The notes under the pieces: generated by a model
What the model was told of the DNA's origin: nothing
Seen by the model: the letters and a program-made list of their open reading frames with translations, nothing else
Database searches by the model: none
Source of the DNA: Mobula hypostoma
Lineage: Eukaryota
Length of the DNA: 64,000 nucleotides
Direction of reading: 5' to 3'
Assembly (NCBI RefSeq): GCF_963921235.1
Contig: NC_086097.1
Span: forward strand, 82,710,001-82,774,000
In this document: piece after piece, positions 52,479 through 64,000 of the stretch
Layout of the letters: the number at the start of each line of letters is the position of its first letter
Numbering within the stretch: the stretch's first letter is position 1
Program-made: the position numbers and the translations under genes

Positions 52479-53970
52479 AGTTAGATGACACTTGGAGTAT
52501 TATGTTCAATTCTGGTTGCCTCATTAGAGGAAGGATTTGGATGCTTTAAACCAACGAATTGTTTGTTATGTCTTCCCTCTCACTGTGAAATGGAGACATC
52601 TCTTTCTCCCTCATTAGGGAGAGAGAGAGAGAGCCTGTGGTATGTCGAAAGCCAGCTGAACAAGTCGTCTTTGGAGTACTGCAAGTCCGTGTCTTTGCTG
52701 TTGCGTGAGTGCTTGGTGGCGGGTTCCGATGCTTTTTTTTGCCAGTGGGGGGAGGGGCGATCGTTGCTTGTTGCCACTTTCACACGGGGAATGGGGAGCT
52801 GGGGGGTACTTTGGTGTTCTAACATTTAACTGTCGTTCATTCTTTGGGGCACTCCTCTGTTTTTGTGGATGGTTGCAATGAAAAAGCATTTCTGGATGTA
52901 TATTGTATACATTTCTCTGACATTAAATGTACCTTTGAAACCTTTAGAGAGGATGCAGAGAAGATTTATCAGGATAATGCATAGATTAGAAAACATCTTA
53001 TAAGTGAAGGTTGACTGAGCCATGGCTCTTCTCCTCAGAGAGGAGGATGCCTTCATAAGAACTTCATAAGTATCAGACCACACTTGAAGTACTGTGAGCA
53101 GTTCTGGGCCTCTTGTCTTAGAAAAAATGTGCTGGCATTGGAAAGGGTCCAGAGGAGGTTCACAAGAATGATTCCAGGAATGAAAGTGTTAATGTATGAG
53201 GAGCTTTTGATGGCTCCGGGTCTGTACTTGTTGGAATTTAGAAGGTGGGGGGGGGGGGGACTCATTGGAACCTCTCAAATTATTGAAAGGCCAAGACAGA
53301 ATCAATGTGGAGAGGATCTTTCCAACAGTGGGTGTCTAGGACCAGAGGGCACAGTCTTAAAACTGAGGAACATCCATTTAGAGTAGAGATAAGGAGGGAT
53401 ATCTCTAGCCAGATGGTAGTGAATCTGTGGTATTCATTGCCACTGACGACTGTGGAGGTCAAGCCATTGAGTATATTTAAAGAGGAGGTTGATAGGTTCT
53501 TGGGTTAGTCAGGGAGTCAAAGGTTCCAGGGAGAAGGCAGGATAATGGGGTTGAGAGGGATAATAATGATGGAATGGGGAAGCAAACTTGATGGGCTGAG
53601 TGGCCTAATTCTGCTCCTATGTCTTATGGTCCAAAGTGTACAAAATGATAAGAGGCATTGATTGAACTGGAGACTTTATCCCACTAAAATGGCTAATACA
53701 AAGGCGCACAACTTTAAGATGTTGGGAGGAACATAAAGGGGGATGTCAGAGGCAGGTTTTTACATAGAGCGTGGTAGGTGTACAGAAAATGCTACAAGGT
53801 GCGGTGTTAGAAGAAGATACACTAAGGAAACTTAAGAGACTCTTAGGCACATAGATGAAAGAAAACTAGATGACTATATGGGAAGGAAGAGTTAGTTTGA
53901 TCTTAGAGGAGGTTAAAGTGTAGGCACAGCATCATGGGCTGAAACACTTGTACTATATTGTTTTATGTTT
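52479..53970 (+). mobile_element. Composite of two CR1 3' fragments, one (about 53048-53630) nested in the other, inserted antisense to the host CR1
   Basis: KYCEQFWASCLRKNVLALERVQRRFTRMIPGM and SRTRGHSLK; two separate CR1 3' tails at about 53630 and 53970. Confidence 0.75.
52549..52941 (+). mobile_element. Short non-coding retroelement fragment
   Basis: CTTTA duplicated at 52544-52548 and 52942-52946; ends attaaatgtacctttgaaaccttt. Confidence 0.6.
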
Positions 53971-54007
53971 TATCTGAAAAGTCTTTTGTATCTTATTGAG
54001 TTGCCTA

Positions 54008-54788
54008 CACTGGACAACAAAGGTTTTGCTTCCTGAATACTTTTGAGTGTATCTTATGGATTTTGGGCTGCTGATCATGAATATCACCATGAAATTTCCC
54101 TATTGTACATCATTTATTTGAAATCATCTCTATTTGCTATTTCAATCCATAATTCAAGTCAGAATAAGTGATGCCAAGATTAGGGAAGGCATTTTTGTTG
54201 GTCCGCAAATCAAACAGGTCATCAACAACAGGCAATTTGAAAAACTTCTAGTGAGACTGGCAAAAATCACATGGAAGATCATTCCAGCGTGTTGTTGAAA
54301 ACTACAGAGTACCTAACTACGTGCAGCTGGTTGACAACATGCTTCAAGCATACACAACCATGAAGTACAACACGTCACTGGAGATTCATACTCTGCATTC
54401 CCACTTAGACTTCTTCCCTGCAAATCTCGGCAATTTCATTGCAGAGCATGATGAAAGGTTTCACCAGGACATTACAGTCATGGAGAAGTGGTATCAGGGT
54501 AACTGGAATCCATCAATGCTGGCTGATTATTGTTGGACATTTAAGCAAGAAGCCTCAGAGACTGAGTACAATTGAAAATCATCACCAAACATTTTTAGCT
54601 TAATTGATCAATTGCAAAGTGTCAGCACCATTATGCAATTGAAAGCCTTATTTTCAATAAAAGATAATTTCTTGTTTCTACATGATACAAGTAGTCTAAA
54701 ATTATATGTGTGCTCAGCTTCAAGCAGTCTATGTGAACAAAAAAAAATTAGAGTAGCAACACCATTGGAAAATTTTTTTTGTCCAGTA
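54008..54788 (+). mobile_element. Internally deleted Chapaev3-like (CMC superfamily) DNA transposon
   Basis: TIRs CACTGGACAA and TTGTCCAGTA, flanked by CTA and TTA; transposase C-terminal remnants ISDAKIREGIFVGPQIKQV and IHTLHSHLDFFPANLG..EHDERFHQDI..YQGNW..MLADYCW. Confidence 0.75.
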
Positions 54789-55731
54789 TTACCTTCATAT
54801 TTCATCTTTTAGTTACCTTCTGTTGGTTTTCAAGAGCTTCAGTCCTCAGCTTCCCAATAATTCTTGCTCTATTGTGTGCCATTTATTTTGCTTTTATGCT
54901 ACTTTGACTTTCCTTCTCAGCCATGGTTGCCTCATCCTCCCTTTAGAGTTCTACTACTTCTTTGGGGTGAATAGTTCCTGAATCTTCTGAATTGTTTCAG
55001 GAAACTCCAGCTATTGCTGCTCTACCGTCATCACTGCTAGTGTCTCCTTCCAATCAACTTTTGTCAGCTCCTTTCTTATGCCTCTGTGGTTACCTTTACT
55101 CAACTGTAATACCGACAGATCCAATTTTAGCTTCTCCCTCTCAAACAGCAGTGCGATCCTATCATATTATGATTAAAAGTTCCTTTATTATAAGCTCCCT
55201 GATCAAATCTGGTTCATTACATAACACCTAATCCAGAATTGTCTTTTCTGTCGTGGGCTCAGTCCGCTAGATGCTCTATAAACCCATCACAGAGGCACTC
55301 CACATATTCCCTTTCTTGGAATCCAGCACCAACCTTATTATCCCAATCTACTGCAAATTGAAATCCCCCATGACTATCGTAACATTGCCCCTTTTACATT
55401 CCTTTTCTATCTCCCGTTGTAATTTGTACCCCACATCCTGTCTAATGTTCGGAAACTTGTGTATAATTCCAATCAGGGTCTTTTTTATCCTTGTAGTTTT
55501 TTAATTCTGCCCCTAAGGATTCTACATCTTCTCATCCTATGTCATTTCTTTCTAAGCATTTAATTTCATTTATTACCAATGAAGCCATCACATCCTTTGC
55601 CCATCTGCCAGCACTTTTGATACAGTGTGTATTATTGATGTTAAGGTCCAGCTGTGATCTTCTTTCAATCACATCTGTGATGTCAACACAGCATACCTGA
55701 TAATTTATAACTGCAGTACAAGATAATCCAC

Positions 55732-56500
55732 GTATATCATTTGTGAAAGAAGGCTCCAAGTCAAGGGTGTACAGCGCAGGCTCACGAACAAGCATACTTT
55801 CTTCAGCCAATGATTGGTGTGTCAAGGCCGACCTGGATGGGAAAGGCAGTTTCCAGGAGCAAATAGCTTTCACCACATTGCGTCCAGATATAATTATATG
55901 GTCTGACACCAGTCGAGAAGCGGTTATTGGTGAACTCACAGTCCCCTGGGAAGACAACATCGATGAAGCCCATCAGCATAAGTTAACCAAGTATGCAGAA
56001 TTAAGATCAGAGTGCAAAGACAGAGGGTAGAAGGTCTCATGCTATCCATTCGAAGTAGGCTGCCGTGGGTTCATTGCATTCACTCTCCAGAAGTGGCTGC
56101 GTGACCTTGGCTTCACTAGTAGAGAGATCAAGTCAACCAGCAGGGCTGTAGCTGAGGCAGCAGAGGAAGGATCAGCATGGGTGTGGACCAAATATGTCCA
56201 GAGGGGCAGATAGTCAGTCAGTGTATACATCTTTTGCAAACCCTTCAGTAGTTCCATAGACACTTGAAGAGCAGACTATCTGATGGATGGAAGCAACCAA
56301 CAACTCTGATAGAGGCAGATGCCAAGTTTTTAAGCTCACCAGTGGGAGGTTGTGCTTTAGCACTGCTGGCCCACCACCTTGAGGGAGTCTTGATCATAAG
56401 CGGACCGAAACTCCTGAAGACAGGTGGCAGATCAACTGATGATCCCACTGGTGATAGCAGAGGACAGTTAATATCTTAGTCCACATATATTTTCAATTCT
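55732..56500 (+). mobile_element. 3' fragment of a Hero-type (R2-group) non-LTR retrotransposon, restriction-like endonuclease domain
   Basis: DWCVKADL..TTLRPDIIIWS..ELTVPWEDNIDEAHQHKLTKYAEL..C..G*KV..PFEVGCRGF, with one in-frame stop at 56028-56030. Confidence 0.85.
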
Positions 56501-59500
56501 AATTATTAAATACTACCTGCATTCAAATATACCACTTTTCATACTCTATTCACCATCCTTCTTCTCAGTTTTGTGTCTCTGTTGATTGAAGATAAGTTCT
56601 TATCACTTTCGAAACTTTCTGGCTTATTCTTTATTCCTGAGATTTCAGCAACCTCTCTTGCAGTCTCCTTCCCTTTTACTTTATCCAAATTTTTCCAAGC
56701 TGCTGAATCCACCCACCATCCCTATGATTTAGTAAAAGCCCTGTCAACAGTCTTAGTTATATGATAAACCAGGACCCTGGTGCCAGCTAGGGTCAAGTGG
56801 AGCTCATTCCATCAGAACAGTTTCCTTCTTCTCCAATACTGATGGCAATATTCCTTAAATTTGAACCCACTTCTTCCATACCAATCTTTTGAGCCATGCA
56901 TTTAACCCTCTGATTTTATTTACGCTGTCCCAATTTGCACAAGAATCAGGTAACAATCCAGAGATTATTACCTTTTCGATTCTGCGGTGTAATTTAGTCC
57001 TTAGCTGCTCAAATTTCTTTAGCAGAACTTCTTTGCTTGTTCTTTCTATGTTGTTGGTACCCATATGGACCACAAAATCTGAATCTTTCCCCTCGCACAT
57101 AAAATTTAGACAAATACAGGTCAGATGAGATGTCCTGACCCCGGATAAAACAGCCTGTTGGTCTCTCAGTCTTTGGAACAGGGAATTGTGTCTATTCCCC
57201 TGACCATAATACCCCTAACTATAATATTCCCAATTACAGTTACATTTCTCTTCTCTCTTCCCTCTGAAGCATTCAGTTGCTGATTCTTCCTACAGCCCCC
57301 ACTCTCATCCTCTCACTTCAGACCTGTTAGGCAAGCTCTAGGGCTGTGACTCCTCTAGCGCTATCTCTTGGATCTCCCACTTGCACCACTTGCAGCCACA
57401 CCCTCTTGTCCCTGGCCACAGACCGAATTTAAGTCGCCAACCTTTCTCTTGAAACACTACCCAATGAATTTGGAGAAGCTTTGCCAAAAAGAAATCATTC
57501 TGAGTGTAGCAACAATATTTGGCATTTGTTTTCATTTCAGAATTATAAAAATTGCATTTTTTTGCTGTTTAATCTGGCCCAAAACTCATGTTACACATAT
57601 GAACTGAGCTACACTGTAAGTTTGTTCTTATTTTTCCTGGATAAAGCTTCATGTAGAGTACTTCCCTGATTTTTATTAACATGATGGCAACGTGCTGCTT
57701 CATGAGGCCTCCCATGTTGTAAGTTAGCTGTTGTGTTGGATCAGTGGGGAATTCAAGCTGTGACTGTCAGAATGTGCCCTGCTATTGAGAGAGCTGTGAA
57801 ATTACTTCAAACAGAGCAATCACTAAAAAATCATGAAGGCCACTGACATGCAGAAACATTTGAACTATTCTAAAACTGCTGAAGATCAAACAGTTAAATA
57901 ATTCATGAATTACAGTCCCTTGCAGCTGTACCTCTCTGGCAAAATGCATGAAGGCGATTTTTTTAAATGTTGTGTTCAACATGGAACAGATCTTGTGGAT
58001 ATAGATCTTCCGTAGTTCATGTTCTAGGGAATTGCTGTCAACTTCCCACTCAGCTGCTGGACCCCAGTTTAGTAAAGGTTGCCAACTTCTGGCCAGGAAG
58101 TTCAGCCCTTGTGAGCATATATGGGAATCCCAAAATTGACCATATTTACATGGAAAAAAATTGATTTTTCTCCATGGAACAGCTAGCCTTTCCTGCAAAA
58201 CTGACATGTAATTCTGCTTATGTTTAGTACAACTGAGTTAAAATGAAAATTAAGGAACTAAATATGTAATAAATATCAACAACAGAAACAATGCTGTTGC
58301 CATTAAGGTAATCATAGCTATATAAATACTTATCTCTCTGATGTAATGAATTGCCATTAAGCTTTTCCCATTGTGCTAAGTTTCTAATGCAAAAGCTAAT
58401 AGGTAATAAGGGCCTTACATTGACTTCAATAGAGTGAAATATTTCTCAACATGTAAGTTTTTGGAATGAACCATTTGTGAACTGAAATGGAGCTGAGCTG
58501 TGAAATTTGCCATTATGGGTAAAAGTTTTTAGCTATTTGTGTTCCTGCAATTTCCTCTCCCTTAAAGTTAAGTTTGTTGCAAATTATTATTTTCATAGAT
58601 CTTTTTCGAACTTAAAAGGATCTGGCTCCCACATTAAAAATACTAAATAAAACAGTTTTTAGCGTAAACTTATTAATCCTTCCTCAATTTATTGTCCTTA
58701 ATTGTAGTGTTTCTATCAATAGTGATATTTCGGTTTCATTTTATACCCAAATGCTTCTGTTGCTGAGTTCTGAATTCTGCAGATAAATGTACGTTTATGA
58801 ATAGATAAGAAAATTGGAACGAAACAGATCAGTGATGTATAGGCTGGCTGTTTCAGCAGCCTGATATCACATTTACACTTCTGAATTCCCGGCACTAGAC
58901 TTGAAGCATTTCGGTTAGCTTTAACCAATTTCTGTCTGCCTTTTTTCCTGAAAAAAAAATATGATCAGAAAATGTTGTTGCAGAAGTGAATATATTGACA
59001 TCATAGTCAATGAAAGCTAAAATCTCCAGAGTGCCAGAGCATAAACGTTAGAAATGTAGCAGCAGCTAAGTACATGAGTACTGCTTACTAAGCACAATAT
59101 CCAGCCGCGTTATAACATACATATTTTCTCTCTTTTTTCTGGGACATAATGAGGAAGAAACTTGCAAGTTCTTTCATATATTTGAAGGTGCTGGTGAGCT
59201 ATTTTAGGTGTCAGCAAATAGCTGTGATTATTGCATTAACCCAAGAATCTACTGACTAACTGTGATGGTATAGGATTGAGCTATGAACACATACGGTTAA
59301 TTAGCATCCAGTACAGACACAATTAAAGACTGTATTCACAGAAAGTATGTCATGATATAAGCAATCGTTCTCATGTGGAAAAAGGGGGTTCGAAATCCAT
59401 CAATCCAAGTGTTACTGATGTAACTTGCAACTGCACCACTGCTCAAAAAAGCACTATTAATCATTAAATTTACTTTAGAAGAGATTTTTAAGATATATTT

Positions 59501-59934
59501 TATTAGTTTTTCACAGTTGCAAATAAATTTTAAACTATTTGACCTTAAATGAAACTTGCTCCACAGTACAGTTGATTTAAAATTTGTGATGGTGCACCTT
59601 CAGTAATTCCATCCTGCTGGTCATTTGTACAACTGGGCTTTCTACTTGAGAGAGTGTTAAAAACTGAGCAAAATAGCATGGTTTAAGAAGGCAAATACGT
59701 AACAGCATCAGATTTTCATGTGGTGTGTAGGACAGAATTCAAGGCATGAAATGTAAAGTAAGGAAAGTATTAGCTGCTTCGAGAGCATTCTTGTCTAGTT
59801 CTGACTCACCTTCTCTATTTGAAATTATCCTAACCCATTTTCTGACCACTACATCCCGTGGAGATGGTACTTGACCTGATGTTGACCTTCTTCCAATGTG
59901 CACCCATTCACTTTTGTTGTACACTGGCTTAAAT

Positions 59935-60400
59935 TAGAAAAGTAAATGGCATGGTGGCTTTCATTCTGAGAAGATTTGGGTGCAGGAGTAAAGACGGATT
60001 ACTGAATTTATGTAGATCCTTGGTGAGACTGTGCCTGGAGTATTGTTTGCCATTAAGAGAAGGCACATTTGCCATTCAAAGAATGCAACAAAGCTTCACC
60101 TTTAATGGTTCTTTGGATGTTGGAATTTCACTATGAAGAAAGATTAAGTAAACCAGGTCTACACTCTAGAACAGAAAATTGAGAAGTGATCTGAATAAAA
60201 CCTACAGAAATCGAGCAGGTCTTGACTGATTGGATATGAGAGGATGTTTGCCCTGGCAAAGAACTATGAAAACATAGTTCATGGTTTCTGAATAAAAGGT
60301 AAAGCATTTAGAACTGAGCTGAAGAGAATTTTCCTTTTTAGTAGGGTGCTGACTATTTTGAATGATCTATCCTGATCTGTTGTGGAGGCATGCTCATTAA
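59935..60400 (+). mobile_element. Old CR1 fragment
   Basis: MVAFILRRFGCRSKDGLLNLCRSLVRLCLEYC. Confidence 0.7.
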
Positions 60401-60609
60401 CATTTGGTTATGACACATACATACTTTGAAATAAATGTACTTTGAAATAAATGGCATTTTTTTCTTTTATATTTTAATACTGTAATATTGCTACTGTTCT
60501 ACTTCAAAGATTTTCTTTTGGAAACAAAGATTCAAAATGCCAAACTTCAAATATTTGGTTAACGTTTGAAAGCTTTTGCATGAACCAGAGTGAATCATCC
60601 CTGTACATA

Positions 60610-62035
60610 AGAGATTCTACAGGTGGTGGAAACCCAAAAACAACGCACCACAAAATGCTGGAACAACTCAGCGGGCCAGGCAACATCTATGAAAATGAAT
60701 AACCAGTCAACATTTTGGACAGAGAACCTTCATCAGGACTGGAAAGAAAGGGGGAAGATGCCAGAATACGAAGTTGGGAGGAGGAGGAGTAGGACAAGCT
60801 AGAAGGTGATAAGCAGTGAAGAGAAGGGGTAAGAAGCCAGACTCGGGAAATGAAAAAGAGGGAAGGGGGAGGGAAGGAATTACCAGAAGGAGGTGAAATC
60901 GATATTCACACCATCAGGTGGAGGCTACCTGAACGGAATATGAGGTGTTGCTCCTCCAACATGAGCGTGACCTCATCGTGGCAGAAGAGGAGGCCATGGA
61001 TGAAGGGGAATGGGGATAGGAATTGAAATGATCATCCACCAGAAAATTCAGCTTTTTGCAAATAGAGCTGAGGTGCTCAACAAAGCAGTCCCCTGATCTA
61101 CACTGGGTCTCACCAATACAGAGCAGGCTGCATCATGAGCACCGCATACAATAGATGACCCCAACGGATTCACAGGTGAAGTGTCGCCACACCTGAAAGG
61201 ACAGTTTGGGGCCCCGAATGGAGGGAAATGTGCAGGTGTAGCACTTCTTCCATTTGCAGGGATAAGTGCCAGGAGGGAGATTAGTGGGGAGGGTAAAGGG
61301 AATGGTCAAGGGAATCATAGAAGGAGTGATCCTTGTGGAAAGCGGAGAGTGGGGGAGAGGTAAAGATGTGTTTGGTGTAGGGCTCCATTGAAAATGGCAG
61401 AAGTCACAGAGAATGATGTATTCGATGCAGAGACTCATGCAGAGACGGGGGTGTGGGTGGTAGGTGAGGACGAGGCGAATTCTATCCACGTTGAGGTGGC
61501 GGGAAGATGGGGTGAGCATGCATGTCTGGAAAATGGAGGGGATGCGGGTGAGGGCACCAGCAATAGTGGAGGAAGTGAAGTCCTGCTCTTTGAAGAAGGA
61601 GGATGACTCTGATAACCTGGAAAGAAAGATTTATCCTAGGAACAGATGCGATGGAGGCAAAGGAACTGAGAAAAGGGAATAGCATTTTTACAGGATACAG
61701 GGCGGAAAGAGGTATTGTCAAGATAAGACTGGGAATCGATAGGTTTATAAAACATGTTTGTTGACAGTTTGTTTCCAGCGATGGAAACAGAGAGATTGAG
61801 AAAGGGGAGACAGGTGTCAGAAATGGACCAAGTGCATTTAAGGGCAAGGTGGAAGTTGGAGGTAAAGTTGACGAAGTTGATGAGCTCAGCATGGGGCATG
61901 AAGCAGTATCAATGCAGTTGTCAATGTAGTGGAGGAAAAGTTGGGGAGGATTATCGCGGAAGGGTTCAATCATGGACTGTTCCATATAGTCAACGAAAAG
62001 GCAGGCATGGCTAGGGCCCATGGGGGTGCCCACCT
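60610..62035 (-). mobile_element. Degenerate Penelope element (RT, GIY-YIG and pseudo-LTR)
   Basis: MGTPMGPSHACLFVDYMEQ..LFLHYIDNCI (Penelope RT), LPFLNLSVSI..FYKPIDSQSYL, HFTCESVGVIYCMRCS; decayed hammerhead at 60703-60742. Confidence 0.9.
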
Positions 62036-62580
62036 AGAGTCTATTGTTTCTGCTGCTCCTGATGCGGCCTCATCTACATTGGGGTGCTGCTTTGTCGAGC
62101 ACCTCTGCCCCATCTGCCAAAACATTCCAGTGGCCAACCATTTTAATTCTTATCTCCATTCATATTCTGTCTAAGCAGCCACCAACCAGATGCCACGAAC
62201 ATTGATTTCTCCAACTTCTGTTAATTTTTTCTCCTCCGTTTCCTTCTTCCTTCCCTCTTACACCTTCTCCTTGCCTGCCTATTACCTCTCCTGGTGTCCC
62301 TTCTCCTTCCCTTTCTCGCATGATCCACTCTCCTCTCCTATCAGATTCCTTCTTCTCCAGCCCTTTACCGCTTCCACCTATCACCTCCCTGCTTCTTACT
62401 TCATTTCCCCTCCCCCACCCACCTGATTTCACCTATTACCTTCTAGCTTGTCTTCCATCTCCTCTCCCCCGCTTCTTATTCTGGTATCTTCCTCCTTCTT
62501 TTCCAATCTTGATAAAGTCTTGGTCCAGATTCATTTCCATAGCTGATCTGCTGAGTCCCTCCAGCATTTTGTGGATTGTC
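62036..62580 (+). mobile_element. Inverted Penelope 3' segment joined to the 5' end of the minus-strand copy
   Basis: CFVEHLCPICQNIPVANHFNS (GIY-YIG C-terminal part), pyrimidine tract and decayed pseudo-LTR (ctgctgagtccctccagcattttgtg). Confidence 0.75.
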
Positions 62581-62814
62581 CATGTCCAATTTTGAAGAAC
62601 ACATCTATAATATGTACCTGCTGATGTTTGATGAGATAGCAAATAACATAACAAAATAGGTTTGATTTTGTTAACGTGACCTAGCTCTGCCATAATGCAA
62701 GAGAATATCACACAGTAATATTTCTTTTGTGGAAGATTATGATCTTCTTAATAAAACAAAAGACATTGTAAAATTAAAAAAAACAAAATAAATCAAACTA
62801 AACTGTCTCATGAC

Positions 62815-63152
62815 ATAATGATGCAACTGACTCGCAGGTCCAGTGAAATGGGTTTAATCCTGATGTCCAGTGCTGTTTGTATGAAGTTTCCAAGTTCTCT
62901 TGTATTGGCTTTTCTTAGGCGATCCAGTTACCTCCCACATTCCAAAGATATGTGGGTAGTTATGTTATTTGGCCACTCTATATTGCCTCTAGTGTATAGG
63001 TAAGTAATCGATTCTTGAGGGAATTGATGAAGATGTGGAAAGAATAAAACGTGATTGGTGTAGGATTAATGTAAGTGGGTGCTTGATGGTCTATAGGGCA
63101 AGTTTCAAAGCAAAAGGCTAAAGGGCGACTTTCAATAATGTGTGGCTCTGAC
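62815..63152 (+). mobile_element. V-SINE/HE1-like SINE
   Basis: Decayed B-box (ggtttaatcc), V-domain-like tccagttacctcccacattccaaagatatgtgggtag..ttggccactctatattgcc, and a CR1-like tail. Confidence 0.7.
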
Positions 63153-63679
63153 TACATTTCTTACCATTTGGTAGATTAGGGTGACTGGTTTGATTACAGT
63201 GGTATGTACTTGCAGTAACTTTATACATTGTGAGTCCATATCAGCAGCTTTAGAAGCATGTTCATGGTGGTGAAGGGGATTGAGTAATTGTAGTTACATA
63301 ATGATAGACAAATAAATCACTAAGTTGATGTAAGCAACACAAATCCATCATCAGCAATAATATTGTCAGAATCACGACAGCAGTATGCTAATAGTTGTAA
63401 ATCATGGTATGTTGACTGGCTGTTTTCATCCTTATTTGCAATGCTGTATAGTATAACACTTACAGCTATGTCTCTGTTTTTATTTAAAGGATTTTCTTCT
63501 CCATTTCCAATTAAAAGACCTTGTAACCTTAGCTATCTTTGGACAGTTTCTTCCAAACACTCTGGATGTCTAGCATTTCCCACTTTTCATCCAGATTCTG
63601 CCATCAGCAGTATCTTGACCTCATATTCGATATTTCAAACCTCCCTCTTTTCCCTATGTCCCAAAGATTAGAGACGTAT

Positions 63680-64000
63680 ATGTGTGTCTCAGCCACCTTT
63701 GTGACTGGTCTTCTAACAGAACATAACAGTCACCTCTCTCGTCAAGAGACCCTTTTCAGCAGCAGTCTGCTGTGTGGTAAGTCCCACAGGTGGATTGGGT
63801 TTCCCAACGGACGTATCATGTTTTGTTGAAACATCAGCAGGCATCCAATGAATCAGCTCAGCCTGAAGGTTTTCCACCTCGTTCCTCAGAAGCTCCATCT
63901 CTGTGGCATCAGGGGCTACGTTAGCAACAGAGGCTACCACTGAAGACACTGCATGGCTTTTGAAAATGCCCTGCATCTCAAACATGTTTTCCTCCTCTCT
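63680..64000 (-). mobile_element. Possible degenerate LTR-retrotransposon gag remnant (runs off the right edge)
   Basis: Coiled-coil-like ELLRNEVENLQAEL followed, with one frameshift, by C-Y-V-C-*-K-T-S-H, which resembles a decayed CCHC knuckle. Confidence 0.3.

Larger units (their letters stand above)
49192..57420 (-). mobile_element. Old near-full-length CR1 (ORF1 esterase and ORF2) split by four younger inserts
   Basis: Collinear pieces: 3' end at about 49200, YLRKDVLTLE, LNFQKAFDKVPH, KLKGLKADKSPGP, endonuclease remnants at 54800-55730, and ORF1 SGNH motif VVHMGTNNI..KVIISGLLP (56855-57100). Confidence 0.8.

Overview
Eukaryotic, repeat-dense vertebrate genomic DNA. The repeat families (CR1/HER1-type LINEs with TTTCTATG-type tails, HE1/V-SINE-like elements, Rex1/Babar, Neptune-type Penelope) suggest a cartilaginous fish, probably a ray; this is an inference. 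I recognise one host exon: the first coding exon of a beta-spectrin, most like SPTB, on the + strand (exon 23242-23438, CDS from 23288). It is followed by an intron of at least 40 kb, and I found no next exon in the window. The rest is intronic or intergenic DNA with many nested transposable elements: CR1, Rex1, Penelope, a Hero-type RLE LINE, a Chapaev3-like DNA transposon, hAT MITEs, two solo LTRs with 5-bp target-site duplications (TSDs), SINEs and a non-coding LINE-derived family. The most notable signal is a set of minimal type I hammerhead ribozyme motifs (CTGACGA...GAAACGTC) in Penelope pseudo-LTRs. One of these sits in a 228-bp, TSD-flanked, non-coding palindrome made of two inverted ribozyme-bearing pseudo-LTRs. 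Boundaries of old elements were read by eye and are approximate; family names come from recalled motifs, not from database searches.
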